A stretch of DNA of 64,000 bases from Candidatus Buchananbacteria bacterium CG10_big_fil_rev_8_21_14_0_10_33_19 (GCA_002773855.1 PEZY01000005.1:218221-282220); one strand, 5' to 3'. Shown: positions 11,718 through 21,626, counted from the stretch's first letter. Notes: generated from the sequence alone by a model not told the origin. A program made the numbers and translations.

Positions 11718-12302
11718 TTATTTTTGGCCTAAAATTTTTAAGGCTTCTTTTATTTTGTCACCGGTTTCAGTGGCTTTAACGTGTGATAATACTTCCCTCA
11801 CTTGTGATGGCGAGTAACCCAAACCAATCAAAGCCTCTAGTGCCTCACCAAACTGATCACTCCAATCACCACCACCGCTACTTTCAATACCACCAATTTT
11901 ATTCTGTAAACCGGCCACAATTTTTTGAGCTGTCTTGGGGCCAATACCCGATACCTTACTTAAGATATCCGCATTGCCAGTGTTGGCCGCCTCTTTTAAA
12001 TCTTCAACTTTAGCTTTGTGTAAAATATTTATAGCACTCTTGGGCCCTACTCCAGAAATCGAAATTAAAATTTCAAAAAAACCCAATTCTTCATGAGTCG
12101 CAAAGCCATAAAGATCCAAAGCCGTTTCGGCCACTTGAGTATAAATAAATAATTCTATATCCTGACCAGTTTGTAAATTATTCACCAATCTATCCAAAGT
12201 ATAAACCTTATAACCCACTCCAGAAACATCAATAATTATAAAATTATCTTTTTTGGGAATAGCGCTTTTATATTTTATATTACCTCTGAGGTAAGCAATC
12301 AT
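11718..12302 (-). CDS. ruvA: Holliday junction branch migration protein RuvA
   Basis: 194 aa with an N-terminal OB domain (MIAYLRGNI...IIDVSGVGYKV), HhH motifs (GVGPKSA, GIGPKTA) and a C-terminal domain. Confidence 0.85.
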   Translation of the reverse strand: MIAYLRGNIKYKSAIPKKDNFIIIDVSGVGYKVYTLDRLVNNLQTGQDIELFIYTQVAETALDLYGFATHEELGFFEILISISGVGPKSAINILHKAKVEDLKEAANTGNADILSKVSGIGPKTAQKIVAGLQNKIGGIESSGGGDWSDQFGEALEALIGLGYSPSQVREVLSHVKATETGDKIKEALKILGQK

Positions 12303-12329
12303 AATTATTATTGTAAATTTAAACCCTCT

Positions 12330-13577
12330 TTAAGCCTTTATTTTTCTAATCAAACTCATATTCACTATATCATATTTTGTACTAACTTCCACATAATATA
12401 ATTCAGCAGTGCCGCCACGAATTTTATCTAAACTTTTACCATTTTCGGTAAAAAATTCTTTAAATTTAATTTTATATACATCTCGTGGTGTCAAAATTTC
12501 AATATTTTCATTAGAGTCCAAGGAATTATGAGCTTTCAATGTTATTGTTTGACGACTACTATTTAATTTTTCTACTCCCACTACTTCCCCCACAAATTCC
12601 CAATCACTCATGGCCTTAGAGGTTTTAAATTCCTGTCGACTATTATTCTCATCACCCAATAAAAAACCAGTGGTGTAACCACGATTATCTATCTTATTTA
12701 ATTCACTTTTTATTTCTTTTAATTTTTTATTTTTTGGATCACTGTTTTCAACAATTAATAAATCCATCGCCTGACGATAAGCTCTGATGACTGTGGCTAA
12801 ATAATAAATACTTTTGGTGCGACCTTCTATTTTAAAAGACACTATCCCCGCTTTAGATAAAGATTCTAAATGATTCATTAAATTTAAATCCTTAGAGTTC
12901 ATAATATAGGTGCCATTTTCATCTTGTTCAACCGGGATCATTTCGCCTGGTCGCTTCGGTTCTTCTAAATAAACATTGTAATTCCAACGACAGGATTGTG
13001 TACACATCCCCAAATTAGCACTCCGCTTGTTAAACCAAGCTGACAGATAGCAGCGCCCAGAATAACTCATACACATAGACCCATGCACAAATATTTCCAA
13101 TTCTACCTTAGGTACTTTTTTATGAATCTCAACAATATCTACTAGTGATGTTTCTCGCCCCAGAATTACTCGCTCCACGCCTTGATCTTGCCAAAATTTA
13201 ACAGCTTCATAATTTAAAGTATTCATTTGTGTCGATAAATGAACTGGAATTTCCGGGATAATTCTTTTGACTACAGCCAAAACTCCTGGGTCAGCCAAAA
13301 TAATAGCATCAGGTTTAAATTCTTTTATTTTTTTTAAATAATTTGGCAACAATTTAAAATGCCGGTTATGAGCAAATATATTAATCGTAATATATACTTT
13401 TTTACCAAGTTGATGAGCATAATCGATACCAATTTTAATATCTTTTAAATCAAAATCAGTTTTCGCTCTAAGTGAATAGGCTGGTAAACCAATATAAACG
13501 GCATCGGCGCCATAGGCGAAAGCAATTTTTAATTTCTTTAAACTGCCGGCTGGTGCTAATAATTCAATTCTTTTCAT
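12330..13577 (-). CDS. Peptidase U32 family protein (collagenase-like / RlhA-YhbU type)
   Basis: MKRIELLAPAGS...ADAVYIG...E..VHGSMCMSYSGRCYLS, the characteristic U32 Cys motif. Confidence 0.85.
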   Translation of the reverse strand: MKRIELLAPAGSLKKLKIAFAYGADAVYIGLPAYSLRAKTDFDLKDIKIGIDYAHQLGKKVYITINIFAHNRHFKLLPNYLKKIKEFKPDAIILADPGVLAVVKRIIPEIPVHLSTQMNTLNYEAVKFWQDQGVERVILGRETSLVDIVEIHKKVPKVELEIFVHGSMCMSYSGRCYLSAWFNKRSANLGMCTQSCRWNYNVYLEEPKRPGEMIPVEQDENGTYIMNSKDLNLMNHLESLSKAGIVSFKIEGRTKSIYYLATVIRAYRQAMDLLIVENSDPKNKKLKEIKSELNKIDNRGYTTGFLLGDENNSRQEFKTSKAMSDWEFVGEVVGVEKLNSSRQTITLKAHNSLDSNENIEILTPRDVYKIKFKEFFTENGKSLDKIRGGTAELYYVEVSTKYDIVNMSLIRKIKA

Positions 13578-13694
13578 AAATAATTTAAATAGTATAAAAC
13601 GAGAAAATTATACAATAATATAGCTAAAAATTCAAGTTAAACAAAAAATAAACAAATAAAAAATAGGCAATTTAATTGCCTATTAAAACCAAAA

Positions 13695-14558
13695 TTACCT
13701 ATACAGTTGATGTGCCAAAATATAATTAAAAATATGTTCATCAAGTTCTGGCATCATTATATCTTGGTGTCTTAACCACTCTCGAACATTAGTCGAAGCA
13801 GTATCCGGCACATCACTTTCTTCGGTCAGAAAAATATGCGGTGGTCTAAGGTACCAATTAACAGATTCATTTCTTTTTACGCCAATTCTTGGCACTACCA
13901 CAAAGCGCATCATTCTTTCTAGTTCTTCATAACCTACCCAAGTGGGAAAATCATTAGCATTATCCATACCAATAATAATACTAAAATCATATTGATCTTT
14001 GGCCATCTGTTGATCTAAAAGTGTTTTAACAAAATGATAAGTTTGTCCAGCTAATTGATTTTTTATTTCAAAATCAAACACCTTAATACGACCATCGACT
14101 CTAGCTGCAATTTCGCACATCCGCAAACGGTGTTCTGGATCAATCATCTGCTTACCATTCATATGACGATAACAAGGCATTAGCCAAACTTCATCAAAAG
14201 TTTTGCTGGTATTTAAAACAAACTGAGCCAACTTGATATGACCAATTGTTGGCGGATCAAAAGCTCCGCCTAGTATAGCTACCTTTAACTTACGGCCCAA
14301 CGTTTTATACTGCTCTTCACGCCTTTGAATTTTAACCAGAGTAGCTCTAACATTTTTTTCATAATCCCAACCACATTCGTTACACAGCTGAATAGCAGAG
14401 GCTAGTAGATCTCCAACTTCTTCCTGAAGATTAGCAACACCAGTCATTCGATGAAGTTCTATAGCTTCATCTAAAATATCATTCAATCTCTGTTTTAATG
14501 GTGTTCTACCAAATGTACTTTCAAAAATATCTTTTACTTGTTTTTGTAATTTGTTCAT
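13695..14558 (-). CDS. nadD: Fusion protein: N-terminal MazG-like NTP pyrophosphohydrolase domain plus nicotinate/nicotinamide-nucleotide adenylyltransferase (NadD)
   Basis: aa 1-90: EEVGDLLASAIQLCNECGWDYE (MazG/HisE-like helical NTP-PPase). aa 95-287: VAILGGAFDPPTIGH ... IIIGMDNANDFPTW (NadD (H/T)xGH and downstream motifs). Confidence 0.75.
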   Translation of the reverse strand: MNKLQKQVKDIFESTFGRTPLKQRLNDILDEAIELHRMTGVANLQEEVGDLLASAIQLCNECGWDYEKNVRATLVKIQRREEQYKTLGRKLKVAILGGAFDPPTIGHIKLAQFVLNTSKTFDEVWLMPCYRHMNGKQMIDPEHRLRMCEIAARVDGRIKVFDFEIKNQLAGQTYHFVKTLLDQQMAKDQYDFSIIIGMDNANDFPTWVGYEELERMMRFVVVPRIGVKRNESVNWYLRPPHIFLTEESDVPDTASTNVREWLRHQDIMMPELDEHIFNYILAHQLYR

Positions 14559-14643
14559 CAGAAAGGCTTCTCCCTTGGGTTAAGTTAATTTCAAAGTACA
14601 ACTCATAATAATAGCCAACAAGGTCAAAAATGTCAAATTTAGG

Positions 14644-14678
14644 CCAAAAACAAACACTTCAAGCCTAGCTTGAAGTGT
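14644..14678 (-). terminator. Candidate terminator downstream of ileS
   Basis: 10-bp perfect stem acacttcaag/cttgaagtgt followed on the minus strand by a T-rich run. Confidence 0.45.
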
Positions 14679-14690
14679 TCGCCATAAAAT

Positions 14691-17600
14691 TTAAATTTTC
14701 TGTATCGCTAATTTAACTTCTTCACCATTTAGATTAAAACTCTTACCATGATCATCCTGATTAATTAATTTAGAGGTTAAAGTAGAATTCTTTAGTTCGG
14801 TTGAAAGTTTTTCACCAGTTAACACTTGTTTCATTATTTCGCTATCACTAGTCCACAAAACATTTATCCGATCACCAATAGTTAAGCCATCTGTCTTTCT
14901 TAAGCTATTAATAGTTCTAATTAATTCTCGAAGTAAGCCTTCTAATTTTAATTCATCAGTTAATTCTAAATCTAATTCTACTTTTATTTCTGCGCCTTTT
15001 TCAAACTCGACAGTTTTCACATTTACTTCATCAGCGATTAGTTCAGATAGTTCGACTGGCAAATCATAACCAATGACTTTTAATTTAGCTAGCGGTTGTC
15101 TAATCTTTACTCCTTTTTCTGCTCGCATAGCCAAGCCCATTTCCACAATTCGTCTCACACTCTCCATTTGATCAATTATTTTATCATCAATGTTTCCAGC
15201 TTGTGGCCATTTGGCTAAATGAACTGATTCTAATTCTCCACCCACCCCACGGTAAACAGACTCAGCTAAAAACGGGACAAACGGTGCCATTACCTTGGAT
15301 ATTTCAATTAAGACAAAATTAAAAGTAGCAATCGCTTGATTCTTATCTTCGGTATCACCAGATTTAAAACGATCTCGACTGCGTCTTAACCACCAAGTTG
15401 AAAATTCATCAATAAAATCCTGAATTGGTCGCACCGCTTTAGCCAATTGATAATTATCCATCTCTTTGGAGACAGCTACTATTAATTCATTTAACTTCGA
15501 TAACAGCCACTTATCCAAAATATTTTTAGATTGATTATTTGGTTTAATGTTTTTATCTTCATATAATTGATAAAACTTTAAAACATTATTAGTTAACATC
15601 ACCACTTTTTGGAAAGCTTCTTTAACTCCCACTTCCGAAAAATTCAAATTTTCGGATGTCATCACTGGTGATGATAATAAATAAAACCGCAAAGCGTCAG
15701 CTCCATACTTATCCATTATCAAATCTGGTTCTGGATAATTCTTTAGTCGTTTACTCATCTTATTGCCATCCTCAGCTAGTACGATACCATTAGCAATAAC
15801 ATTTAAAAAGGCTGGCTTATCAAACAAAGCCGTGGCTAAAATCATTAAAGTATAAAACCAACCTCTGGTTTGATCGACACCTTCAGCAATAAAATCAGCT
15901 GGAAAAGTATCTTGGAATTTATCTTTATTTTCAAACGGATAATGCAGTTGAGCATATGGCATCGAACCAGATTCAAACCAACAATCCAACACTTCTGGCA
16001 CTCGTTTCATTTCACCAGTACACTTTTCACATTTAAATCTGATAGTATCAACAACATCCTTATGAATATCTACTGTTCTATTTTTTAACTGGGTAATTTC
16101 GGTATTATCTGGCATATCATGATCAAAAACATTTTCCTGTTTAGTACCAGATAACTTAGCCGCCAAAACTCTAATATTATCACCATGTGAGACTAATAAA
16201 ACATTTTTATCTGGGTACTGATTTCTAATATCTTTGACAAGATCCAGCATTCTATTTTCTATATCCAAAACGCTTTCACCACCGCCAGGCAAAGATTTAG
16301 TATAAGTCTTACGCCAATCTGCTAATGCTTTTGCAGCATCCTCATTGGCATCAGACTGATCTTGTAATTCACCAGGATTGACTTCATTCAATCTTTTATC
16401 AAAAATTAACCTAAGCCCTAGGCCATCAGCAATTATTTTAGCTGTTTCTCTGGCTCGCAAAACATCCGAACTAACAATTAAATCAATGTTTAAATCTTTT
16501 ACATTTTTAATCGCTACTTCAGCTTGAGTTTTACCTTTTTCGGTTAAGGGATATTTATTTTCATCATCACTAAAAACATTTAAAACATTTTTTTCAGACT
16601 CGGCATGACGAATAGCATAAATATTGGTACTAAAAATTTTTGATTTGTCTAATTCTTCTAGTGAACCAACTACTTTAATATCATTACAATCATTACAACG
16701 CCAAACTGGTAATGGAGCACCCCAAAATCTAGATCTGGAAATCGCCCAATCCCGGGCGTCCTCTAGCCATTTACCAAAACGACCATTTTTCAAATGATTG
16801 GGAATCCAATTAACTTGTTGATTATTTTTAATTAAATCTTTTTTAATTTCAGTTACCTTCACAAACCAAGAAGAAGTGGCGTAGTTAAGTAACGGTGTAT
16901 CACAACGCCAACAATGTGGATAGCTATGTTCATATTTTTCTTTAGCAAATAACAAGCCTTTTTCGGCTAAATATTTAATAATTACCACATCCGTTTTTTG
17001 AGTATCTTCTTTGGGCTTGACCTCTAGGCCAGCAAAAGCCTCACCAGCTTCTTTTTTGATATGACCAGTTTCATCAACATGTTGAATCATTGGCAAATTC
17101 TTTTCGTTACCCAAAGCCATATCTTCTTCACCAAAAGCTGGCGCGATATGCACTACTCCCACACCATCAGTCGTCGACACAAAATCAGCCGACACAATAA
17201 TGTATAAGTTCTCCCTATAGTCTATAGCCACGTCTTTATAACAATCAAAAAGTGGTTGATATTTTTTACCAACTAAATCATGGCCTTTTAAATTTTCTAC
17301 TATCTCATAACTTTTGTCAGCAAAAACTTTCTCCAGTAAATCTTTAGCTAAAATATAATTTACATCTTCACTTTTTACTTTTACATATTCAATATCCTCT
17401 CCCACTGCCAAAGCTACATTACCAATTAAAGTCCAAGGAGTAGTGGTCCAAGCTAGAACATAAGTCCCTGGTTCATCTACTAATTCAAATTTAGCCGTCA
17501 CTGCTAAATCCTTAACATCTTTATAACCCTGAGTTACTTCAAAATTAGACAAAGTAGTTTCACAACGTGGGCAAATATGCATAGATTTATAGCCTTCATA

Positions 17601-18110
17601 AATCAAATCCTTGTCCCACAATTCTTTAAACACCCACCAAATACTTTCCATATACCATGGCTCCATAGTCCGATAATCATGTTCCATGTCTACCCATCGG
17701 CCCATTCGAGGAATTGTTTTTTTCCAAATATCAGCGTAACGCAAAACACTTAAACGACAACTTTCATTAAATTTATCAATACCAATATCTTCAATATCCT
17801 TACGACTAGTTAAATTTAATTCTTGCTCTATCATATTTTCAACTGGCAAACCATGACAATCCCAACCCCAACGGCGTTCAACATAATGACCATTCATAGT
17901 TTGATACCTTGGTACCACATCTTTCATAATACTAGCCACCAAATGACCATAATGAGGAGTACCAGTAGCAAACGGTGGGCCATCATAAAAACTAAAAACC
18001 TTACCATTTTTAGTAGCCTCTAAACTTTTGTGAAATATATTATTATCTTCCCAAAATTTTTGGATTTCTTCTTCCTTTATAACTAAAGGATTCTTTTTTT
18101 GATCACTCAT
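14691..18110 (-). CDS. ileS: Isoleucyl-tRNA synthetase (type 2, eukaryote-like) carrying an inserted histidine-phosphatase domain
   Basis: PPFATGTPHYGH, GWDCHGLP and the KMSKR (KMSKS-type) motif. C-terminal ...VLDCWFESG...EGVDQTRGWF. Start set at the internal ATG (MSDQKK). A phosphoglycerate-mutase-like domain (RHAES ... LVSHGDNIR) lies in-frame between the CxxC zinc knuckle and the DxHxP region. Confidence 0.95.
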   Translation of the reverse strand: MSDQKKNPLVIKEEEIQKFWEDNNIFHKSLEATKNGKVFSFYDGPPFATGTPHYGHLVASIMKDVVPRYQTMNGHYVERRWGWDCHGLPVENMIEQELNLTSRKDIEDIGIDKFNESCRLSVLRYADIWKKTIPRMGRWVDMEHDYRTMEPWYMESIWWVFKELWDKDLIYEGYKSMHICPRCETTLSNFEVTQGYKDVKDLAVTAKFELVDEPGTYVLAWTTTPWTLIGNVALAVGEDIEYVKVKSEDVNYILAKDLLEKVFADKSYEIVENLKGHDLVGKKYQPLFDCYKDVAIDYRENLYIIVSADFVSTTDGVGVVHIAPAFGEEDMALGNEKNLPMIQHVDETGHIKKEAGEAFAGLEVKPKEDTQKTDVVIIKYLAEKGLLFAKEKYEHSYPHCWRCDTPLLNYATSSWFVKVTEIKKDLIKNNQQVNWIPNHLKNGRFGKWLEDARDWAISRSRFWGAPLPVWRCNDCNDIKVVGSLEELDKSKIFSTNIYAIRHAESEKNVLNVFSDDENKYPLTEKGKTQAEVAIKNVKDLNIDLIVSSDVLRARETAKIIADGLGLRLIFDKRLNEVNPGELQDQSDANEDAAKALADWRKTYTKSLPGGGESVLDIENRMLDLVKDIRNQYPDKNVLLVSHGDNIRVLAAKLSGTKQENVFDHDMPDNTEITQLKNRTVDIHKDVVDTIRFKCEKCTGEMKRVPEVLDCWFESGSMPYAQLHYPFENKDKFQDTFPADFIAEGVDQTRGWFYTLMILATALFDKPAFLNVIANGIVLAEDGNKMSKRLKNYPEPDLIMDKYGADALRFYLLSSPVMTSENLNFSEVGVKEAFQKVVMLTNNVLKFYQLYEDKNIKPNNQSKNILDKWLLSKLNELIVAVSKEMDNYQLAKAVRPIQDFIDEFSTWWLRRSRDRFKSGDTEDKNQAIATFNFVLIEISKVMAPFVPFLAESVYRGVGGELESVHLAKWPQAGNIDDKIIDQMESVRRIVEMGLAMRAEKGVKIRQPLAKLKVIGYDLPVELSELIADEVNVKTVEFEKGAEIKVELDLELTDELKLEGLLRELIRTINSLRKTDGLTIGDRINVLWTSDSEIMKQVLTGEKLSTELKNSTLTSKLINQDDHGKSFNLNGEEVKLAIQKI

Positions 18111-18152
18111 ATTTTTGATATTTATTAATCCATTATGACATTTTTTGGGCAA

Positions 18153-18334
18153 ATAAAAAACCCAAATATGGTTTCAAGAGCCTTCACAGGCGGTACCATC
18201 TTGAGTTTATCTTAATTTATTAGCGATCACGGGCTAAACCGATTGGTTCTACTAACTAAAAAGCGTTCTGCCAATGACTCTTCTGGTGATTGCCAGAATA
18301 ATATCGTCTTTTATATTGTTAAAATTGTATCTAT
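18153..18334 (-). promoter_or_regulatory. Candidate T-box leader upstream of ileS
   Basis: Minus-strand AGATGGTACCGCC resembles the T-box consensus AGGGTGGNACCGCG, with UGGU matching the tRNA-Ile discriminator A. An AUCA element sits in an upstream hairpin. A weak hairpin plus T-run precedes the start. Confidence 0.35.
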
Positions 18335-18363
18335 AATATACTAGCTGTAATCAATTTTGTCAA
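18335..18363 (-). promoter_or_regulatory. Sigma70-like promoter for ileS/leader (TTGACA-17-TATATT)
   Basis: Minus strand reads TTGACAaaattgattacagctagTATATT. Confidence 0.45.
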
Positions 18364-18466
18364 ACCAATCTGTTGTCATTAAATTACTTTCAATTTAAAA
18401 ATAAAAAGTCCAGATTTTTTTCTGAACTTCTTTATACTTGATAAAACTTTTTAAATCGTCATCATT

Positions 18467-19117
18467 TTAATCTAAAATAGCAACACCTAAAGCTAGACCA
18501 CCAATAAACGGCCAGAAACTATTGTTATTAACTTGGGATGCTTCAACCATCTGACGCTGACAATCTTTTAGCTTTTCCGATATTTCATCAACAGGACGAG
18601 TCATAGCCACTAAGTGAGATCTTAGCTCTTCATTATTATGAAACCACAAAGTAATACTATTAACTTCATACATCGTTAGACCACCGTACCGCTCACCAAA
18701 GCCCGTGAAACAAATTTCCGCAATCGGCGATGGAGTATCATCCAGTTGAGAGTCAGACTCACTCAAAACATTGATGCGAATTTTACTAATGGGCACTGTC
18801 TCATTTCTATAGCCATCAAAAAGCAATATCGCTTTAGAACTTTCAGCGCCAACAATGTATATGGCCTTAATTAGACCACAACGATGTTTAAATTCACGCC
18901 AAACCTTTTTTGAATCTGGCACTTCGTCTTTACTAATTTCAACATATTCCGTTTTAACTTTCGTATGAGCTGGAATTAATCTAAAGCCTAACAACTTGAA
19001 CTCTGGAACCTCAATTTGCACTTTTCTGGCAACAGGCCAATTAGTAACAGATATTTGATTAGACCTGGGATTACACCATTTGGAATTAGTTAATTCTTGT
19101 CTTTCCTTATTGCTCAT
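18467..19117 (-). CDS. Hypothetical protein with a C-terminal transmembrane helix
   Basis: 216-aa ORF with C-terminal FWPFIGGLALGVAIL. No recognised motifs. Confidence 0.4.
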   Translation of the reverse strand: MSNKERQELTNSKWCNPRSNQISVTNWPVARKVQIEVPEFKLLGFRLIPAHTKVKTEYVEISKDEVPDSKKVWREFKHRCGLIKAIYIVGAESSKAILLFDGYRNETVPISKIRINVLSESDSQLDDTPSPIAEICFTGFGERYGGLTMYEVNSITLWFHNNEELRSHLVAMTRPVDEISEKLKDCQRQMVEASQVNNNSFWPFIGGLALGVAILD

Positions 19118-19228
19118 TTCTTTACTCCTGTGGTTGACTATTTATAATGTACTAACTATAGATATATCATATATCTAGTAATTTGTCAATCATCAATAAT
19201 AAAAAACGCTTACTACGCATTTATTCAA

Positions 19229-19260
19229 CAAAAAACCACTAATAGCTCACCAGTGGTTTT
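19229..19260 (-). terminator. Rho-independent terminator of the ferredoxin gene
   Basis: aaccactaatagctcaccagtggtt hairpin; T-run on the minus strand. Confidence 0.55.
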
Positions 19261-19282
19261 CTAATATATCTGAATTTATTAT

Positions 19283-19474
19283 CTATTCCCAGCTAATAGC
19301 TTGAACCGGACAAGCGGTTATTGCTTCATCTACCTTGTCTTTATTAGTTTTATAGTCAGCCTTTTGGACCACGGCAATGATTCTATCGTCTTTGTCTTCC
19401 ATCTTAAAAACCTCTGGACACACGGCTTCACAGGTACCACAACCAATACAACTATCATTTACAATTGGTTTCAT
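19283..19474 (-). CDS. 4Fe-4S ferredoxin (single-cluster type)
   Basis: 63 aa with CIGCGTCEAVCP ... CP. Confidence 0.8.
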   Translation of the reverse strand: MKPIVNDSCIGCGTCEAVCPEVFKMEDKDDRIIAVVQKADYKTNKDKVDEAITACPVQAISWE

Positions 19475-19503
19475 ATTATTTGGAATAATTAATTAAAATT
19501 TAA

Positions 19504-19902
19504 TCACTTAATAGCCAATATATCCTTAATTTTTTGTGCTAATTTGGCCGGCGTATAATCTGATTTTATTAAATAATTTTTAGCTCCCAGCTTCATGGCT
19601 CGATCTATTTCCGCTTTTTGAGTTAAGTTACTAAAAACATAAATCATAGTCTTACTAGCAACTTTATCAGCCTTAATTTCACCTAAAACCTCATAACCAT
19701 CCTTTTTAGGAATAATTAAATCCAATAACACTAAATCTGGTTTAATCTTTTTTACTGCGCTTAAAGTATTAGCACCATCATTTAACACAGTAACCTCAAA
19801 ACCAGCCTGTTTTAAGGAAATACTAAATAAATCAGCTAGATCTGGCTCATCTTCAACTAGTAATATTTTATATTTTTTAGTCATATATTTATTATACACC
19901 AA
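19504..19902 (-). CDS. Single-domain response regulator (CheY-like receiver)
   Basis: KILLVEDEPDL...LVLLDLIIPKKDGYEVL...K. No output domain. Confidence 0.85.
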   Translation of the reverse strand: MVYNKYMTKKYKILLVEDEPDLADLFSISLKQAGFEVTVLNDGANTLSAVKKIKPDLVLLDLIIPKKDGYEVLGEIKADKVASKTMIYVFSNLTQKAEIDRAMKLGAKNYLIKSDYTPAKLAQKIKDILAIK

Positions 19903-19919
19903 TTTATAATAAGTAAAAA

Positions 19920-21626
19920 TTACATTTGGTCTAGTGGTTCAATGCCCAACAAATCCAAACCATTAATCAAAACTTTCCTAATTGAATCCACCAATATTAG
20001 TCTAGCTTCTTTGATTTCCTTAGTTGAGTTAATAATTGGTGATTTTTGATAGAAAGCCGAAAATAATTTGGCTAAATCAAATAAATATTTAGCCACCTGA
20101 CTAGGATCATAATTTTTGGCCGACTCGGCTACTACTTCAGGAAAACTAGCTAATTGTAACAAGATTTCTTTTTCTAAATCACTATTTAATTTTGAATAGT
20201 CAATAGTAGAAAAAGTGGTGACTTTAGCTTTTTTGAGAACGCTACTAATACGGCTGCAAGTGTACTGAATATAAGGTCCACTAAACCCGTCAAAACTCAG
20301 AGCTTCGTCAATATCAAAAGTAATAACACTATTATTGCCAACCTTTAACATATTAAATTTAATAGCTGATAAAGCAATTTTTCTAGCTACTTCATTAATC
20401 TTTTTTTCTGGCCAATCTTCGTGTCTATTTTTTGTCTCAATAGTGGCGCGATCGACAACTTGATTATAAAAATCTTCAAATAAAACTACATTACCTTTAC
20501 GCGAAGCCATGGCTCCATCTTTTAAAGTTACAAACTCATACGGAATATGAATCATTTTTTTATCAAAACCAATCACCTCCATAGTTTTAAAAAATTGCTG
20601 CAAGTAAAAACTCTGGCGACTATCTACCACCACAATACTCTCGTCAATTTTAAACTTTTCAAATTTTAATTTAGCCAAAGCCAATTCTTTGGTCGAATAA
20701 AGTGAAGAACCGTCAGATTTTAAAAGTAAAAATTGTTTTAAATGATATTTTTCTAAATCGATTATTACTGCTCCTTCTGATTTTTGAGCCACACCCTGCT
20801 CTAATAATTCGGCCACCATTTTTTTACCAGGCTTTTCTACTTCACTTTCATAAAAAAAATGATCAAACTTAACACCCAATATTTTATAAATACGATCAAA
20901 ATCATCCAAGCTCCATTTTCTAGTTTTTTTCCATAAAGCTGTCCATTTTTTATCACCAGTTTCTAATTTTTGCAGAACCTCATCAACTTCTTTTTTATAT
21001 TCTAGATTAGATTCTATTTTTTGTGAGCCATCAGTATAAACCTGACCCAAGAATTTACCTTTATTTTCTGGTAACTCCTTAGCTGAATAAAATTTATCGT
21101 AAGCCCACAAACATTTCGCTACATGAGCACCAATATCACCAATATAATTAACAGCGGTTACCTTATGCCCAGAAAATCTTAAAATGTTAACCAAACTATT
21201 ACCAAGTATAGCGTTCCTCAAGTGGCCAACATGAAATTCTTTGTGAGTATTAGGCTGAGAAAACTCTAACATAATTTTCTTTGGACTATTTTTGGCGCCA
21301 CCGTAAATATCTTTGTTTTTTTGGATCTCATTATTTACCGACTTGCCCAAAATTTCTGGATCAATAAAAAAATTTAGATAAGCGCCAATGTTTTTTATCT
21401 CCTTAATCACTCCGCCAGAATTTATTTTTTCGGCCAGCTCTTGGGCAATTTGATTTGGTGATTGTCTAGTTATTTTTGATAAATAAAAACACGGTACTGC
21501 TAAATCACCCATCATAGAATCTGGTGGCACTACTACTTCTAATTTATGTAAATCAAAATCTACCTCAATAGCCTGGGCTATGAGATCTATAATCTGCTTT
21601 TTAATTTTTAAAATTATGTAATCCAT
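19920..21626 (-). CDS. argS: Arginyl-tRNA synthetase
   Basis: EFSQPNTHKEFHVGHLRN (HIGH-type) and a C-terminal DALS anticodon-binding region. 568 aa. Confidence 0.9.
   Translation of the reverse strand: MDYIILKIKKQIIDLIAQAIEVDFDLHKLEVVVPPDSMMGDLAVPCFYLSKITRQSPNQIAQELAEKINSGGVIKEIKNIGAYLNFFIDPEILGKSVNNEIQKNKDIYGGAKNSPKKIMLEFSQPNTHKEFHVGHLRNAILGNSLVNILRFSGHKVTAVNYIGDIGAHVAKCLWAYDKFYSAKELPENKGKFLGQVYTDGSQKIESNLEYKKEVDEVLQKLETGDKKWTALWKKTRKWSLDDFDRIYKILGVKFDHFFYESEVEKPGKKMVAELLEQGVAQKSEGAVIIDLEKYHLKQFLLLKSDGSSLYSTKELALAKLKFEKFKIDESIVVVDSRQSFYLQQFFKTMEVIGFDKKMIHIPYEFVTLKDGAMASRKGNVVLFEDFYNQVVDRATIETKNRHEDWPEKKINEVARKIALSAIKFNMLKVGNNSVITFDIDEALSFDGFSGPYIQYTCSRISSVLKKAKVTTFSTIDYSKLNSDLEKEILLQLASFPEVVAESAKNYDPSQVAKYLFDLAKLFSAFYQKSPIINSTKEIKEARLILVDSIRKVLINGLDLLGIEPLDQM

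Noticed and set aside
14570-14582. 13-nt exact inverted match (cttctcccttggg) with 46791-46803
   Set aside because: About 60 such 13-mer coincidences are expected by chance in 64 kb when both strands are considered. Not treated as a mobile-element repeat.
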